Source: Thermoplasmata archaeon (GTDB taxonomy: Archaea > Thermoplasmatota > Thermoplasmata > RBG-16-68-12 > JAFNFQ01). Taken from it: a stretch of DNA of 64,000 nucleotides. A program made the position numbers and the translations under genes. The notes under the pieces are model-generated. The model was not told the DNA's origin. It did not search any database and worked only from the letters and a program-made list of their open reading frames with translations. The DNA lies in the NCBI GenBank assembly GCA_041489255.1, contig JBGPQV010000005.1, positions 64,001 through 128,000 of the forward strand, in the 5' to 3' direction. This document shows positions 10,051 through 20,500 of the stretch, piece by piece (the first letter of the stretch is position 1; each line of letters opens with the position of its first letter).

Positions 10051-11286
10051 CTACACGCCCCCTACGAGGCCCAAGGCATCGGCAAGCATGTGAGAAATCT
10101 CCCTCACTTGCAGACGACCCTCGAGACCGGAACTCTTTATGGCATCTTCGAAGCGTGGAATCTCCAAAGGACAGGAGACGGCAAGAATGTCAGCTCCGGT
10201 CCTTGCCGCTTCTTGGACTCTCTGGATCGGGAGGGGCACCCTCGTGCGCTCCCAGATGAAGCTGTCGAGCCACATGGCTCCTCCACCGCCACCGCAACAG
10301 AGTGCGTTCTCCTTGTTCCTCGGCATCTCCAGTATCTTGACACCTGGAATAGTCTCAAGGAGACTCCTAGGTGCCTCGTATATCTCGTTCTTGCGACCGA
10401 GGCAACAAGAATCATGGTAGGTGACTTTTGCATCGATCTTCTTTTTCAGAAGCTTGGTCAGCTGCGGAATTCTCTCCTCCAGGAACTGTGTGTAGTGGTT
10501 TATGTGGTAGGCAGTCCCCATGCGAGCGTACTCCTGGGAGAGTGCATTGTAGGCGTGGGGGTCGCCTACCAGGACTTCATTGAAACTCCTGCCGGCGAGT
10601 TGCAGGGAATTGTGTTCATAAAGCAGGTTGAACAACCCCTCTTCTCCCACAGCAGTGCAGCGCAGATCTCCAGCGCACCATTCGTCAGAACCCATGATCC
10701 CGAAGTCTACATCGAGGACATTCAGCAGCTTGGCGAGAGCTATCGTATCTTTGAGGTTCGCCTTATTGTATGAGGGAAAGCATCCGACGTGCCAGAGGAC
10801 ATCTGCCGAATCTCCTTCTTTGAGGACTCGCACCTTCACTCCGGCCTCTTTGATCCATGCGTCCCTCTTCTTTGGGGACTCCCCGAAGGGATTGCCGTAT
10901 CTGGCGGTCCTTTCGAAAGCGGTTTGCAGCTCCTTGGGAACTCCGACACCTGTCATCAGCAGCTCCTCTCGCAGGGAAGGTATTAGCCTCTCAGCCAAGG
11001 GGATGCCGCTGGGGCATCGATAGCTGCAGTTGAAGCACGTGACGCATAGCCAGATGCTGTCGCTTCGGAACAGGTCATCAAGACGCCCTGCGCGCAGCGC
11101 CGCTATTATTCGCCGCGGCGGGTAGTCCATTGCATAACCATGCGGGCAGACACCAGCACACATGCCGCACTGGATGCAGTCTCGTACCTTCATGCCGTCC
11201 GGAAGTTTCTCCAGGCGATTCATGAAGGCCTGGGTTACGCTCAATTCAGGGATCGCGGACACTTCATTCGGAACGGTGCTAGACAC
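10051..11286 (-). CDS. Soluble HdrC/HdrD-like Fe-S oxidoreductase (2x[4Fe-4S] + CCG domains)
   Basis: CIQCGMCAGVCP and CVTCFNCSYRCP, then VGCFPSY, YHDSCCLGR, CCGGGGG; GTG start with GGAGGT RBS. Confidence 0.88.
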   Translation of the reverse strand: MSSTVPNEVSAIPELSVTQAFMNRLEKLPDGMKVRDCIQCGMCAGVCPHGYAMDYPPRRIIAALRAGRLDDLFRSDSIWLCVTCFNCSYRCPSGIPLAERLIPSLREELLMTGVGVPKELQTAFERTARYGNPFGESPKKRDAWIKEAGVKVRVLKEGDSADVLWHVGCFPSYNKANLKDTIALAKLLNVLDVDFGIMGSDEWCAGDLRCTAVGEEGLFNLLYEHNSLQLAGRSFNEVLVGDPHAYNALSQEYARMGTAYHINHYTQFLEERIPQLTKLLKKKIDAKVTYHDSCCLGRKNEIYEAPRSLLETIPGVKILEMPRNKENALCCGGGGGAMWLDSFIWERTRVPLPIQRVQEAARTGADILAVSCPLEIPRFEDAIKSSGLEGRLQVREISHMLADALGLVGGV

Positions 11287-11489
11287 GTCGAACTACCTCC
11301 TTCAGAGTAGGGCTCTCCAACACAACCCAGTTCACAAGACTCGCACAAGTCTCTTCGTCGGCTCTGGTCATCTCGACTATGTTCACTGCAAAGCCTCCCG
11401 CGGACGGGTGTTATGACGAACGAGAATCGCGAAGGTTGATGATTGGTATCTTCTTATTCCATATATACACAGGAATGTCTAAAGCCGTC

Positions 11490-11534
11490 CTATATATAGC
11501 TAATATGAATATGCGCGAATGGATAATGATTATC
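11490..11534. promoter_or_regulatory. Palindromic TATA element plus GATAAT-G-ATTATC inverted repeat (candidate metal-regulator operator)
   Basis: CTATATATAG at 11490-11499; perfect 6-1-6 palindrome at 11522-11534 in an AT-rich divergent intergenic region. Confidence 0.4.
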
Positions 11535-11980
11535 GAAGAAGTCAGTCCGCAGCAAGTTAGCGATAGCTCTGTAACCGTATCGACCATCAAGGAAGATACT
11601 GGAAGCACAGAAGAGGAGATTGAATGGAGCGCCCCATCTCATACTTGCTCTCCATGAACGACTTGGCAGCAGGTCGCCAAGGCCAGTGAGTTCGATTCGC
11701 GTTTCTTGTGGCGTCATCGGCTGCAATCGAGATTGATTCATCGACGACAAGATGATGTTTCGCGGCCCGGAGAGGGATCTTAGGCGAGAAGTGTTCGCCG
11801 CTGTCGTGCGAACTCATGGGCCGACCGACTAGGTCTTTAGTGATTGCCAAGGCGATTCCGAACCGAATGGCGCATACAGTATATTCGGCATGCTCTCAGA
11901 TAAGAGGCAGATATCTATCGGCAAAAAAAAACGCTCGCAAACAAGCTCTCCACGACTCCAAGTGAAAGGAGGCTCACACA

Positions 11981-12262
11981 ATGCCCTTCACGGAGCTAGA
12001 TATCGCCCTGAATCTGGTTGCAACCGTTGTGACTGTGGCTTTTAACGCACTTGCCATGCAATAGAAGAACTTGACGCGGGCGGTCTTCTCCTTCGCAGTT
12101 GCCAGTGCGTCCCTCGCGACGTTGTTTTTCCTTCTTGCTTCACCGTTTGCCGCCGTGCTCGAACTCACCGTGGGTGCCGGGCTCATAGTTGTCTTGTTCT
12201 TGGTGGCTCTCACTCTGTCGATGGGAGAAGAGAAAGAGGTTGCCGAAGGAGGCGAGACATGA
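11981..12262 (+). pseudogene. Disrupted paralog of the first small membrane subunit (16714..16995) of the group 4 hydrogenase operon
   Basis: AGGAGG RBS and ATG 11981; MPFTELDIALN...AMQ*KNLTRAVFSFAV... aligns end to end with 16714..16995; in-frame TAG at 12062 where the paralog has CAG. Confidence 0.85.
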
Positions 12263-12501
12263 GATCGGCCAAGACGGTTGCCGCAGGAATCCTCTCGCTC
12301 CTCGTCGTTGCACTCTTGATTTCTCTTTTCTTGAAGACAACGTTTCACGAGCCCCATGCGACTCCACAGAGCGCGAGTCCTGGCGGGACTCTCTGGGACT
12401 CGCGGAACTTCGAGACGATTCTGCAGGGCCTGCTGATCCTCAGCGGTGTGTTTGCGACACTAATGCTGCTCAGGTCGTCGACGAAGGAGACGAAGCAATG
12501 A
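12259..12501 (+). CDS. Small membrane subunit, paralog of 16992..17234 (ORF intact, context degenerate)
   Basis: LWDSRNFETILQGLLIL vs LWESRDFETILQGLLIL. Confidence 0.75.
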   Translation: MRSAKTVAAGILSLLVVALLISLFLKTTFHEPHATPQSASPGGTLWDSRNFETILQGLLILSGVFATLMLLRSSTKETKQ

Positions 12502-12551
12502 CAAGCCCAGGAGACCTTGCAGTGGGGGCGGACCTCACCGCCATTGCCGCT
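12498..12551 (+). pseudogene. 18-codon 5' stub of the MrpC/NuoK-like subunit
   Basis: MTSPGDLAVGADLTAIAA matches MTTPGDLIVAVDFTAIAS (17231); similarity stops abruptly at the junction with the inverted EMO remnant. Confidence 0.8.
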
Positions 12552-13063
12552 CCCGCGTCCTGGACGATCCGAGCCGCGTTGTAGAGTAGGAAGGAGACCA
12601 GGGTGGCCAAGATGAAGAGTAGCATAACGATGGCCGCACGGTCCCCTTCGTGCATGAGGCGTTTCGGCTTCGAGACGGTCCGGCGATAGACTGCCATGAG
12701 CACGCCCACTATGCCGAGGGTGGCCACGAGATCCTGCCCGAGGTAGAGAGGTCCATTCAGCGGGCCCAGAGGGAGCGTGTAACCGGGGATGTACCCCGCC
12801 GCGACAATCTCGACGACGCTGAAGAAAAGGAACACGAAGGCCCAGAAGATGAAGGCGCGGAGAATCCCAGCCGGGCGTTCGCGGCAGATCTTCCTCTGGA
12901 AGATCCCATCCAGCACGACGTGTTTGATGAGGACTCCTAGGTGGTCCCACCATTTCTCCGGTATCCCCTTGCTGACGCCCTAGATGATCGTGACGACCCT
13001 CATGAGGACGAAGAGGGCCGAGACGCCGAGGATTCCCGTGAGGGCGATCTGATCGGGGTTCAT
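12552..13063 (-). pseudogene. Truncated paralog of the EMO/HdrF-like gene (N-terminal ~170 codons only)
   Basis: MNPDQIAL...II*GVSKG...GPLNGPLYLGQDLV...SKPKRLMHEG; in-frame TAG at 12980-12982; FLHAF His changed to Arg; no Fe-S or CCG part. Confidence 0.87.
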
Positions 13064-14046
13064 TGGCCGCCCTTCGCTTCCTTGATCTTTTCCAACAGGA
13101 TCGGGACGAGCTCGAGCAAGTCCACCGTCGCGCCGTAGTGGGCGATGTCGAAGATGGGTGCCTCTGGGTCCTTGTTCACCGCGATGATGAGCTCCGATCC
13201 GTTCATGCCCTCTGTGTGTTCCGGGGCGCCGCTGACCCCTAGCGCCAGGTAGAGCCGCGGCTTGACAGTCATCCCCGACCGACCGACCTGACGGGTCCTC
13301 GGAAGCCATCCTTGGTCGACGACGGGCCTCGTTGCGCAAAGAGCGCCTCCGAGTTCCCTGGCCAATGCCTCCAACTCGGCGAGGTTGTCCTTGGATTGCA
13401 CGCCTCTGCCTGCGGCGACCAGGAACGGAATCTTCCTCACATCGACGTCTTCCATCTTCGGCTCGATGAGTTCCACAAAGCGAACGGAGAGGGGCTTGAC
13501 GGCCGCCGGAGCCGACCGGATCTCGAAGGGCGGGACCTCGTCCCGCATTCCGAGTTCGCGGTGGAAGCTCCCGGGCATCACGAGCACGATGACCAACCCC
13601 TCCCCTTGCTCGATGCGCGCGACGAGCTTGCCGCCGCATAGCCGGCTCGTGACGACGATTCGGTCTCCTTCCGCGCGGAGCCCCACGCATCCGCTGATGG
13701 CAGGAGCCCCGAGGCCGTAGGAAAGGGGACCCGCGAGGTCGATGCCGATGCTCGTGTTCCCCAGGATTACGAGCCGTGGGGCCAGATCCTTCAGTAAACG
13801 CGGGAGGACGCGCGCATAGGCCGCCGGGTTGGGCGCCCCCAAGCTGGAATCCTTCACGACGAGGACCTTGTCTGCCACGAGCGACAGCCCCTGGAACGGC
13901 TTCGGGTCGTCCGCGAGGATGAGGCACGTGACGTGCCACCCGACGGAGTAGGCAAGCTCGCGAGCACCCGCGAGCATTTCGAGGGTGATGTCGCTGAGCT
14001 CCCCTCCCATATGCTCGGCAACGACGACGATCTCGCGCGGGATCAT
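13060..14046 (-). CDS. etfA: Electron transfer flavoprotein alpha subunit (copy 2)
   Basis: Intact 328 aa, colinear with copy 1 (TRPVVDQGWLPRTRQVGRSG, GVSGAPEH). Confidence 0.92.
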   Translation of the reverse strand: MIPREIVVVAEHMGGELSDITLEMLAGARELAYSVGWHVTCLILADDPKPFQGLSLVADKVLVVKDSSLGAPNPAAYARVLPRLLKDLAPRLVILGNTSIGIDLAGPLSYGLGAPAISGCVGLRAEGDRIVVTSRLCGGKLVARIEQGEGLVIVLVMPGSFHRELGMRDEVPPFEIRSAPAAVKPLSVRFVELIEPKMEDVDVRKIPFLVAAGRGVQSKDNLAELEALARELGGALCATRPVVDQGWLPRTRQVGRSGMTVKPRLYLALGVSGAPEHTEGMNGSELIIAVNKDPEAPIFDIAHYGATVDLLELVPILLEKIKEAKGGQ

Positions 14047-14810
14047 GCGATACCACGCTCCCGGAGGATGCGGACCAGCTGCTCCGCGACATGCTTCGCG
14101 TCACCAGGGAGCATCTCGGCCCGGGCCGCCGCGCTCGACTTGGTCAGCTTCGCCGCCCGCATCCCCCCAACCACCTGGGGGGGCTCCGCCAGCTCTATGA
14201 CCTGGAGCGTGCGCTTCGCTTGCACGACCCGGCTCACCGGGACGTACCGGGGAGGCTGCTCGGCCGACTGGATGCCGAACACGGCGGGAAGGGAGACCTC
14301 CATCACTCCGAGGCGGCTCCCGGGGAACTCCTTGCGGACGGTTCCCTTGGTCCCGTCCGGCTCGAGGGAAACCGACATCACGCCGCCCACGTACGGAACG
14401 GAGAGGTGCATCGCGAGGAGACCGGGCAAGCCGGCGTCCACCTGGTCCGCGGCCCAGACTCCGGTTAGGATTAGGCTGTACCCCGCCGACTTCATCGCCG
14501 GGCTGAGGACCGAAGCGAGCCGCACATTGTCGCCCCGATGCTCAGATGGGATGGGGACCAGGATGGCCTCGTCCGCCCCCTTTGCCGTTGCGGTCGCCAA
14601 GGCATCCTTCGCGTCGTCTCCGCCCACGGCCACCGCGGTGACCCTTGCCGCGTGGCGGGCTTTCAGGATGAGAGCCTCTTCCAAGGCGTGCTCGTCCCCC
14701 TCATTCGTGATGTGCATGACTTCGTCTTCCGCGAGGCTCCTTCCGTCCTCGGCGATCACAAGTTCCTCGACGACGTCGGGAACCTGTCGGAGGATGACCG
14801 CAATCTTCAT
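14043..14810 (-). CDS. etfB: Electron transfer flavoprotein beta subunit (copy 2)
   Basis: Start ATG 14810, MKIAVILRQVPDVVEELVIAEDGRSL; 255 aa colinear with copy 1. Confidence 0.92.
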   Translation of the reverse strand: MKIAVILRQVPDVVEELVIAEDGRSLAEDEVMHITNEGDEHALEEALILKARHAARVTAVAVGGDDAKDALATATAKGADEAILVPIPSEHRGDNVRLASVLSPAMKSAGYSLILTGVWAADQVDAGLPGLLAMHLSVPYVGGVMSVSLEPDGTKGTVRKEFPGSRLGVMEVSLPAVFGIQSAEQPPRYVPVSRVVQAKRTLQVIELAEPPQVVGGMRAAKLTKSSAAARAEMLPGDAKHVAEQLVRILRERGIA

Positions 14811-15100
14811 GGGTTGAACCCCCCAACGAGTCCCATTGCCTCCGCCACCATGTGAGAGATTTCCCGGACTTGAAGGCGGCCCTCGAGGCCCGATGTCTTG
14901 ACCATCGGAAGCTTGAGCATCCGACGCATGAATTCCTCCATGGCGCCGCCCCCCGTCCCCCGCTCTTCGAAGTTCACAAGCAACGATTCCGCAGACACGA
15001 CTCATCACTCTCCAAGTACATGCGAGGAAGAGAACTGGAGTGCCTCCGCGCCCAGCGAACCGGCGATGCCGGGAAGCGTTCGACCACAGGACAACGAGGC
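14807..15100 (-). pseudogene. Eroded remnant of the HdrC/D-like gene (paralog of 10051..11286)
   Basis: KTSGLEGRLQVREISHMVAEAMGLVGG matches the C-terminus of 10051..11286; GGGAM and VLW..FP fragments lie upstream in shifted frames; upstream boundary approximate. Confidence 0.75.
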
Positions 15101-15815
15101 TCAGGTCGGGCTCTGCACTCGAGCTGGCCGGGGTGACACGCGCCAGACCGCTGGTCCCCAACACCGCGAACGACGGACTCCCACGCGGCTCGAAACGGGC
15201 GAGGCCCTGTGAAGGGCTGCATAAGTCCCATAATCCCGATTGCCCGCGGTGGATCCGCGGACACTCCCTCTGCTCGGCGCATGTGACGCGGTGACGTTTC
15301 AAAGACCTATTGAGCATCTTCTATGTGTTCTCGGTCGAAGAATATACCATCGCGTCCCCTCGCAAGGGAATATACGGGACGCCTTCGGGCGCTTGGAGAG
15401 GGAGTACACTCCGAGTCATGCGCGTGGCTGACGAAGCATGCACGTACAAAACAATACGACAAGGGCCCTTGAATTTCGTCATCTCGGCTGCATGTGGGGC
15501 GGAACGCGCGCGACCCCAAGTTTTATGCACGTTCATCGAGGAAAACAACGGCACGGATTCCCCCCTCATCCACCTTGACACGCTCGAGGAAGGCATGCCC
15601 CTCTGGTGACCACACCGGGTGAGGCAGCGCATTCGAGGTCAATCCGACCAGGCGCAAGATGCGGCCTCCTGGAATCCGCCGAATCGTGACGGGAGAGGTC
15701 GGACTCGCTGCCCACGGACCGAGGGCAGCCACTAACGACATGCACGTTCAGATGCAGCGTCATCTCTTTATAGCCCTTCGGCGGTCTCGGGCCGGGGTTT
15801 TGTATTCGCGCGTTT

Positions 15816-16034
15816 GTGCTTGTGAAAATCGCCACGGGCAAGGAGAGGGAGGCGCTCAACGCTCTTAATGACATTGCGGGCCTGGAGGAGATTAACTTCC
15901 TCTTCGGCGACTACGACTACATCCTGACCCTGCAGGCGCCGGACACGGTCACCATGGCGAGGGTCATTAGGAATCGAATCCGGAAGGCACCGGGGACGAT
16001 CCAGACGATCACGATGATCGAAGCGCCCATGTGA
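15816..16034 (+). CDS. Stand-alone Lrp/AsnC ligand-binding (RAM) domain protein
   Basis: (IRAF)VLVK...G.ERE...LFGDYDYI...IRKAPG...T.TMI pattern; TTTATA at ~15767; true start may lie a few codons upstream. Confidence 0.8.
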   Translation: MLVKIATGKEREALNALNDIAGLEEINFLFGDYDYILTLQAPDTVTMARVIRNRIRKAPGTIQTITMIEAPM

Positions 16035-16713
16035 GATCCTGGTCCTGTGCGGGACTCGCCACAAGCATCCTTGATTGATCACGGGTTGGGTGCGCCTCTC
16101 TCGACCTGAGCCAATAGGCCTAGGTTCTCCTCGGCCTCCTCCAGGGAGAGGAGCTGGACGATTAGCCCGGCGTAGGTCAGGTCGTAGTCCCCCTTCGAAA
16201 CGCTCTGCTTCAAGGGCAGAAAGCAAGGGAGTGAAAACCGAATCCATCTTACTCAATATAAACGCCCAGTCGCTGGAGGACTGGCTATATGTAGATGTCA
16301 TGCCAATCTCTCCATGTGTGGCAATAGATATTTTCGCGTGGAAATCGGGAGAATACGAGTATAGTTTTCTGTACAATCTTGGAGGCATGCCCTGTGATGC
16401 GTGCGTTCCGGTCTGAGTGTTCATTGTGTATAGTCGTGAACGGCAGAAGAGAAGATTCGCAAGACGGCTTGTCACCGAGCACCTATCCACATGGAGTCCG
16501 CATCGCCTGTCCGCGCCATACTCGCCCGATGATCATCGGCGGTGAAGGCCAAGAGAACATCTCCGGCGCGCCGCGAGCGGTCGAACCCGCCGAGTCTCTA
16601 CAATGAATGATGTATATTCTCAGGCTTCCGATATAAATGCTAACTATTTAGTATAATGGACTTGTCGCAAACTTGCTTTCCAAGAGGTCGGATAGGGTAA
16701 GGAGGCTAATAAC

Positions 16714-16995
16714 TTGGCGCTCACGGAAATCGACCTGGTTTTGAACGTCGTCGCGGTCCTGGGCACGATCGGCTTCGGTGCCTACGCGGTGCAACAGAAA
16801 GACCTCATGCGCGCGGTCTTCTCCTTCGCGGTGTCGAGCGCGTTCCTCGCGATGCTTTTCTTCCTCCTTGCTTCACCGTTCGCCGGAGTGCTCGAGCTCA
16901 CAGTGGGCGCAGGCCTTATCCTAGTGCTGTTCCTGGTAGCGCTGACTCTCTCCATGGGGGTCGAGGGCGAGAGCCCGGAGGGTGGTGAGTCATGA
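16714..16995 (+). CDS. Small membrane subunit of Mrp/Mbh-type complex (DUF4040/MbhD/NuoJ-N-like)
   Basis: TTG start with AAGGAGG RBS; 3 TM; KDLMRAV...LASPFAGVLELTVGAGL; GATATAAAT TATA at ~16630. Confidence 0.8.
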   Translation: MALTEIDLVLNVVAVLGTIGFGAYAVQQKDLMRAVFSFAVSSAFLAMLFFLLASPFAGVLELTVGAGLILVLFLVALTLSMGVEGESPEGGES

Positions 16996-17234
16996 GCAGC
17001 AGCAAGACCGCAGCCGCCGTGATTCTTTCAGTCCTGGTCGTGATCCTCATGCTCTCACTCCTGCTCAAGGCGGCATTCCACGAGCCCGCCAATGCCCCGG
17101 ACGGCGCCAGCCCTGGCAGCGTGCTTTGGGAATCGCGCGATTTCGAGACGATTCTCCAAGGTCTCTTGATCCTTGGCGGGGTGGTCGCAATCCTGATGCT
17201 GCTCAGGTCATCGAAAGCGGAGGCGCAGAGATGA
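16992..17234 (+). CDS. Small membrane subunit (MbhE/MnhB/NuoJ-C-like)
   Basis: 2 TM; LWESRDFETILQ resembles the 'lw..R..DT' MnhB motif; ATGA coupling. Confidence 0.7.
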   Translation: MSSSKTAAAVILSVLVVILMLSLLLKAAFHEPANAPDGASPGSVLWESRDFETILQGLLILGGVVAILMLLRSSKAEAQR

Positions 17235-17569
17235 CGACACCGGGTGACCTGATCGTGGCGGTAGATTTCACCGCAATAGCCTCGCTCTTTGGCCTCGGGC
17301 TGTTCTGCATCATCTCCAAGACGAATTTGATCAAGATGGTCATCGGCATCGAGCTCATGGGGAAGGCAGTGACTTTGAGTTTCATCCTCGGCGGTTTCCT
17401 CAACGGAAATGTCGGCCTGTCGCAAGGTGTCGTCTTTACCATCATCGCGATCGAGGCGGTCGTGGCGGCGCTTGCCCTCGCCTTGGCCATCATCGGGAGA
17501 GGCGCGTTCAACACGCTAGACGTCGAGAAGATAAATGAGATCGCAGCAAAGGAGGCGAGAAGGGAATGA
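17231..17569 (+). CDS. MrpC/NuoK-like subunit
   Basis: Start ATG 17231; GLFCIISKTNLIKMVIGIELM...IAIEAVVAALAL. Confidence 0.88.
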   Translation: MTTPGDLIVAVDFTAIASLFGLGLFCIISKTNLIKMVIGIELMGKAVTLSFILGGFLNGNVGLSQGVVFTIIAIEAVVAALALALAIIGRGAFNTLDVEKINEIAAKEARRE

Positions 17570-20500
17570 TCGACCCGACAATCTTCCTCCTCGCGACGGT
17601 CCTGACGCCATTCATCGGGCTCATCGCGATAATGTCCCTCTCGAAATGGCCGAACGCGCGGGAAGGCGCGAGCATCGCCACCGCCGTCCTGACGTTCGCG
17701 TTCGCGGCGATCATGCTACCCGAGGTGTTCGCCGGCAACACGGTGAACATCACCGCCGCCGAAATCCTGCCCGGGCTCAAGATCGCGTTCTGGGCCGAGC
17801 CATTCGGGGTATTGTTCGCCACGCTCGCATCATTCCTTTGGATATTCACCACGGTTTATTCGATTGGTTACATGCGCGGGCTCAAGGAACACGCCCAGAC
17901 CCGGTATTACTCGTGCTTCGCGATAGTCATCGGGGCGACGATGGGGATTGCGCTGTCCTCCAACCTGTTCAGCCTGTTCATTTTCTATGAGATTCTGACG
18001 ATAGCCACCTACCCGCTCGTCGCTCACAAGGAGACGGAGGAGGCGTTCAAGGCCGGGCGGAAGTACTTGATATTCACGCTCACCGGCGGGCTTGCGATAT
18101 TGGCTGGGCTGGTCCTTATGTATGTCACATCGGGCACGGTCGACTTCATGGCGGGTGGCCAGACCAAGCTCATCCCCTTGTCGGCCGACATCATCAAACC
18201 GATGTTCGTGTTGCTGATTGCAGGCTTCGGCGTCAAGGCCACCCTGATGCCGTTGCACTCCTGGCTGCCGACCGCGATGATAGCGCCGACGCCGGTCAGC
18301 GGCCTGCTGCACGCGGTGGCGGTGGTGAAGGCTGGCGTCTTCGGCCTGCTGAGGGTCGTGTACTTCGTCTTCGGTCCCGCCCTGCTGGCGACGTACGGGC
18401 TGCAAATCATGCTGATTGTGATGGCGATCATCACGATTATAATCGCCTCGCTCATCGCTCTCGTCAAGGATGATATCAAGGCGCGGCTGGCCTACTCGAC
18501 GATCAGCCAGTTGTCGTACATCGTCCTTGGCGCCGCGCTGCTCACGCCCGCGGGTCTCACCGGTAGCCTGTTCCAGATAGCGGCTCACGCGTTCGCAAAG
18601 CTGACCATGTTCTTCGTTGCGGGAGCGATCCTCGTCACCTCGGGCAAGACGAAGATCTCGCAGCTGGACGGCATCGCGAAGAAGATGCCCATCTCCATGG
18701 CAATGTTCACGGTCGCGGCTATCGGCATGGTAGGTCTCCCGCCGTTGGCGGGCTTCGGCGCGAAATGGTTCCTCGCGGCAGGCGTCACGGGCGCACCGGG
18801 GCTGGGCGACTGGGCCCAGGCAGCACTCCTGCTGTCCCTCGTCGCATCCTCAGTGCTCAATGCCGCTTACTTCTTCCCGATAGTTTTCAGGGCGTACTTC
18901 GGCAAGACAGATGAGGACATCAAGGAGGCCAACTGGAAGCTCACGCTCCCGTTGACAGTCACCGCCATCGGCGCGATAGTGATCGGCATGTGGACAGCCA
19001 TGCCACTCGGCTGGTTCAATCTCTCGGCCTTAGGCCAGAACAGCATATCCAGCTTCATACCGTTGCTGGCGCCAATCGATTTCCCAATCAAAGACATCAC
19101 TTACATCCCGCCTTTCCTCATCTTCCTCATAGGCGCGCCGCTGATATTCTTCCTCAAAGGCAAGGCACGTAAGATCGGCCTCATCGTCATCGCGGGTCTA
19201 GCCCTGCTTGACGTCTTCCTCATGCCGACGTTCCTGGCGACGCCTTTCCAGGGCTGGAAGCTCGACATCATGGGATTCCAGCTCACGTTCCTGAACGTCG
19301 ATTCGCTGTCGCTGTTCACGGGTTACATCTTCGTCATCATCACGTTCCTGGCGACAATCTACCTGACCGCCTTCGACGTGAAGCACATGGAGCTGTTCGC
19401 GCTGCTCTATGCGGGCACCTCGATGGGCGCCGTGTTCGCGGGCGACTTCCTCACGCTGCTGATTTTCTGGGAGGCGATGGCGCTCACCTCAACCGCCCTC
19501 GTCGTGGTATATGGCGGGGACGCTGTGAAGGCGGGCTTCAGGTACCTGCTCTTCCACGTTTTCGGCGGGAGCATGTTCCTGGCGGGGATCGCGATGAATT
19601 ACATTGTCACCGGCGGGAGCCTTGCGCTCGGACCGATGGCATACGGATATGCGTTCGTCTTTGCGTTCATAGGGATCGCGGTGAACCTGGCCATGGTGCC
19701 CTTCCACACATGGCTGCCAGACACCTATCCGAGACCGCACGTCGCGGCCTCGGTGTTCCTGAGCGTCTACACGACCAAGGCAGCGGTATACGCGCTCGTC
19801 AGGGTGATGCCGCCGATCGACATCGGCGCGGCGACTCCCTACATGGCGATAATCGCTTACATGGGCGGCATCATGGCGGTGTACGGCGTGTCCCTGGCCG
19901 TCGTCCAGACGAACATGCGCAAGCTGCTCTCCTATCATATCGTGAGTCAGGTTGGCTACATGGTCGCCGGAGTCGGAATGGCATTCCCGATGGCCGTCAA
20001 TGGCGGCATGGCCCACGTCTTCAACCATATCCTCTACAAAGCCCTGCTCTTCATGACGGTGGGAGCTGTCATCTACAGGACTCAGCAGCAAGACATGTCG
20101 AAGCTCGGTGGGCTATGGAAAGTCATGCCCGTCACCGCCATAGCGTTCTGGATCGCGGCGTTCTCGATCTCGGGCGTTCCGCTCTTCAACGGTTTCGTCA
20201 GCAAGGGCATGGTCATCACTTCGGCGGCCGAAGGCGGCGCGGAGCTGTTCTGGTTGAGGGTACTGCTCGAGATTGCCTCGTTCGGAACGTTCCTCTCCTT
20301 CCTCAAGATGGGCTGGTTCGTGTTCATGAAGAAGAACGTGAACGGGCTTGAGGTGAAGACGCAGGGCGATGCGCCCCTGCCGATGAAGGTGGCGATGGTT
20401 GGCACGGCGATCCTATGCGTCGCGATCGGCGTCTACCCGGCGCTGCTGTTCAACATACTGCCCGTGCCGATGCACGGCGAGGAATACGTCCCGTACGCCC

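Noticed and set aside
12062-12982. Two in-frame TAG codons as pyrrolysine or amber read-through
   Set aside because: Both lie in a truncated duplicate region with other lesions; one is a simple CAG>TAG change; TAG is a normal stop here (e.g. mvhD, tfb); no pyl genes seen
14811-15317. N-terminally extended 424-aa EtfB
   Set aside because: The extension is pseudogene-derived sequence; copy 1 defines the start at 14810
15310-15609. 99-aa plus-strand ORF
   Set aside because: No recognisable family or RBS; may be an eroded remnant
16075-16490. ORFs in a lower-GC patch (faint TBP-like impression on the minus strand)
   Set aside because: Similarity too weak; the minus frame runs antisense through the Lrp gene; cannot support a call
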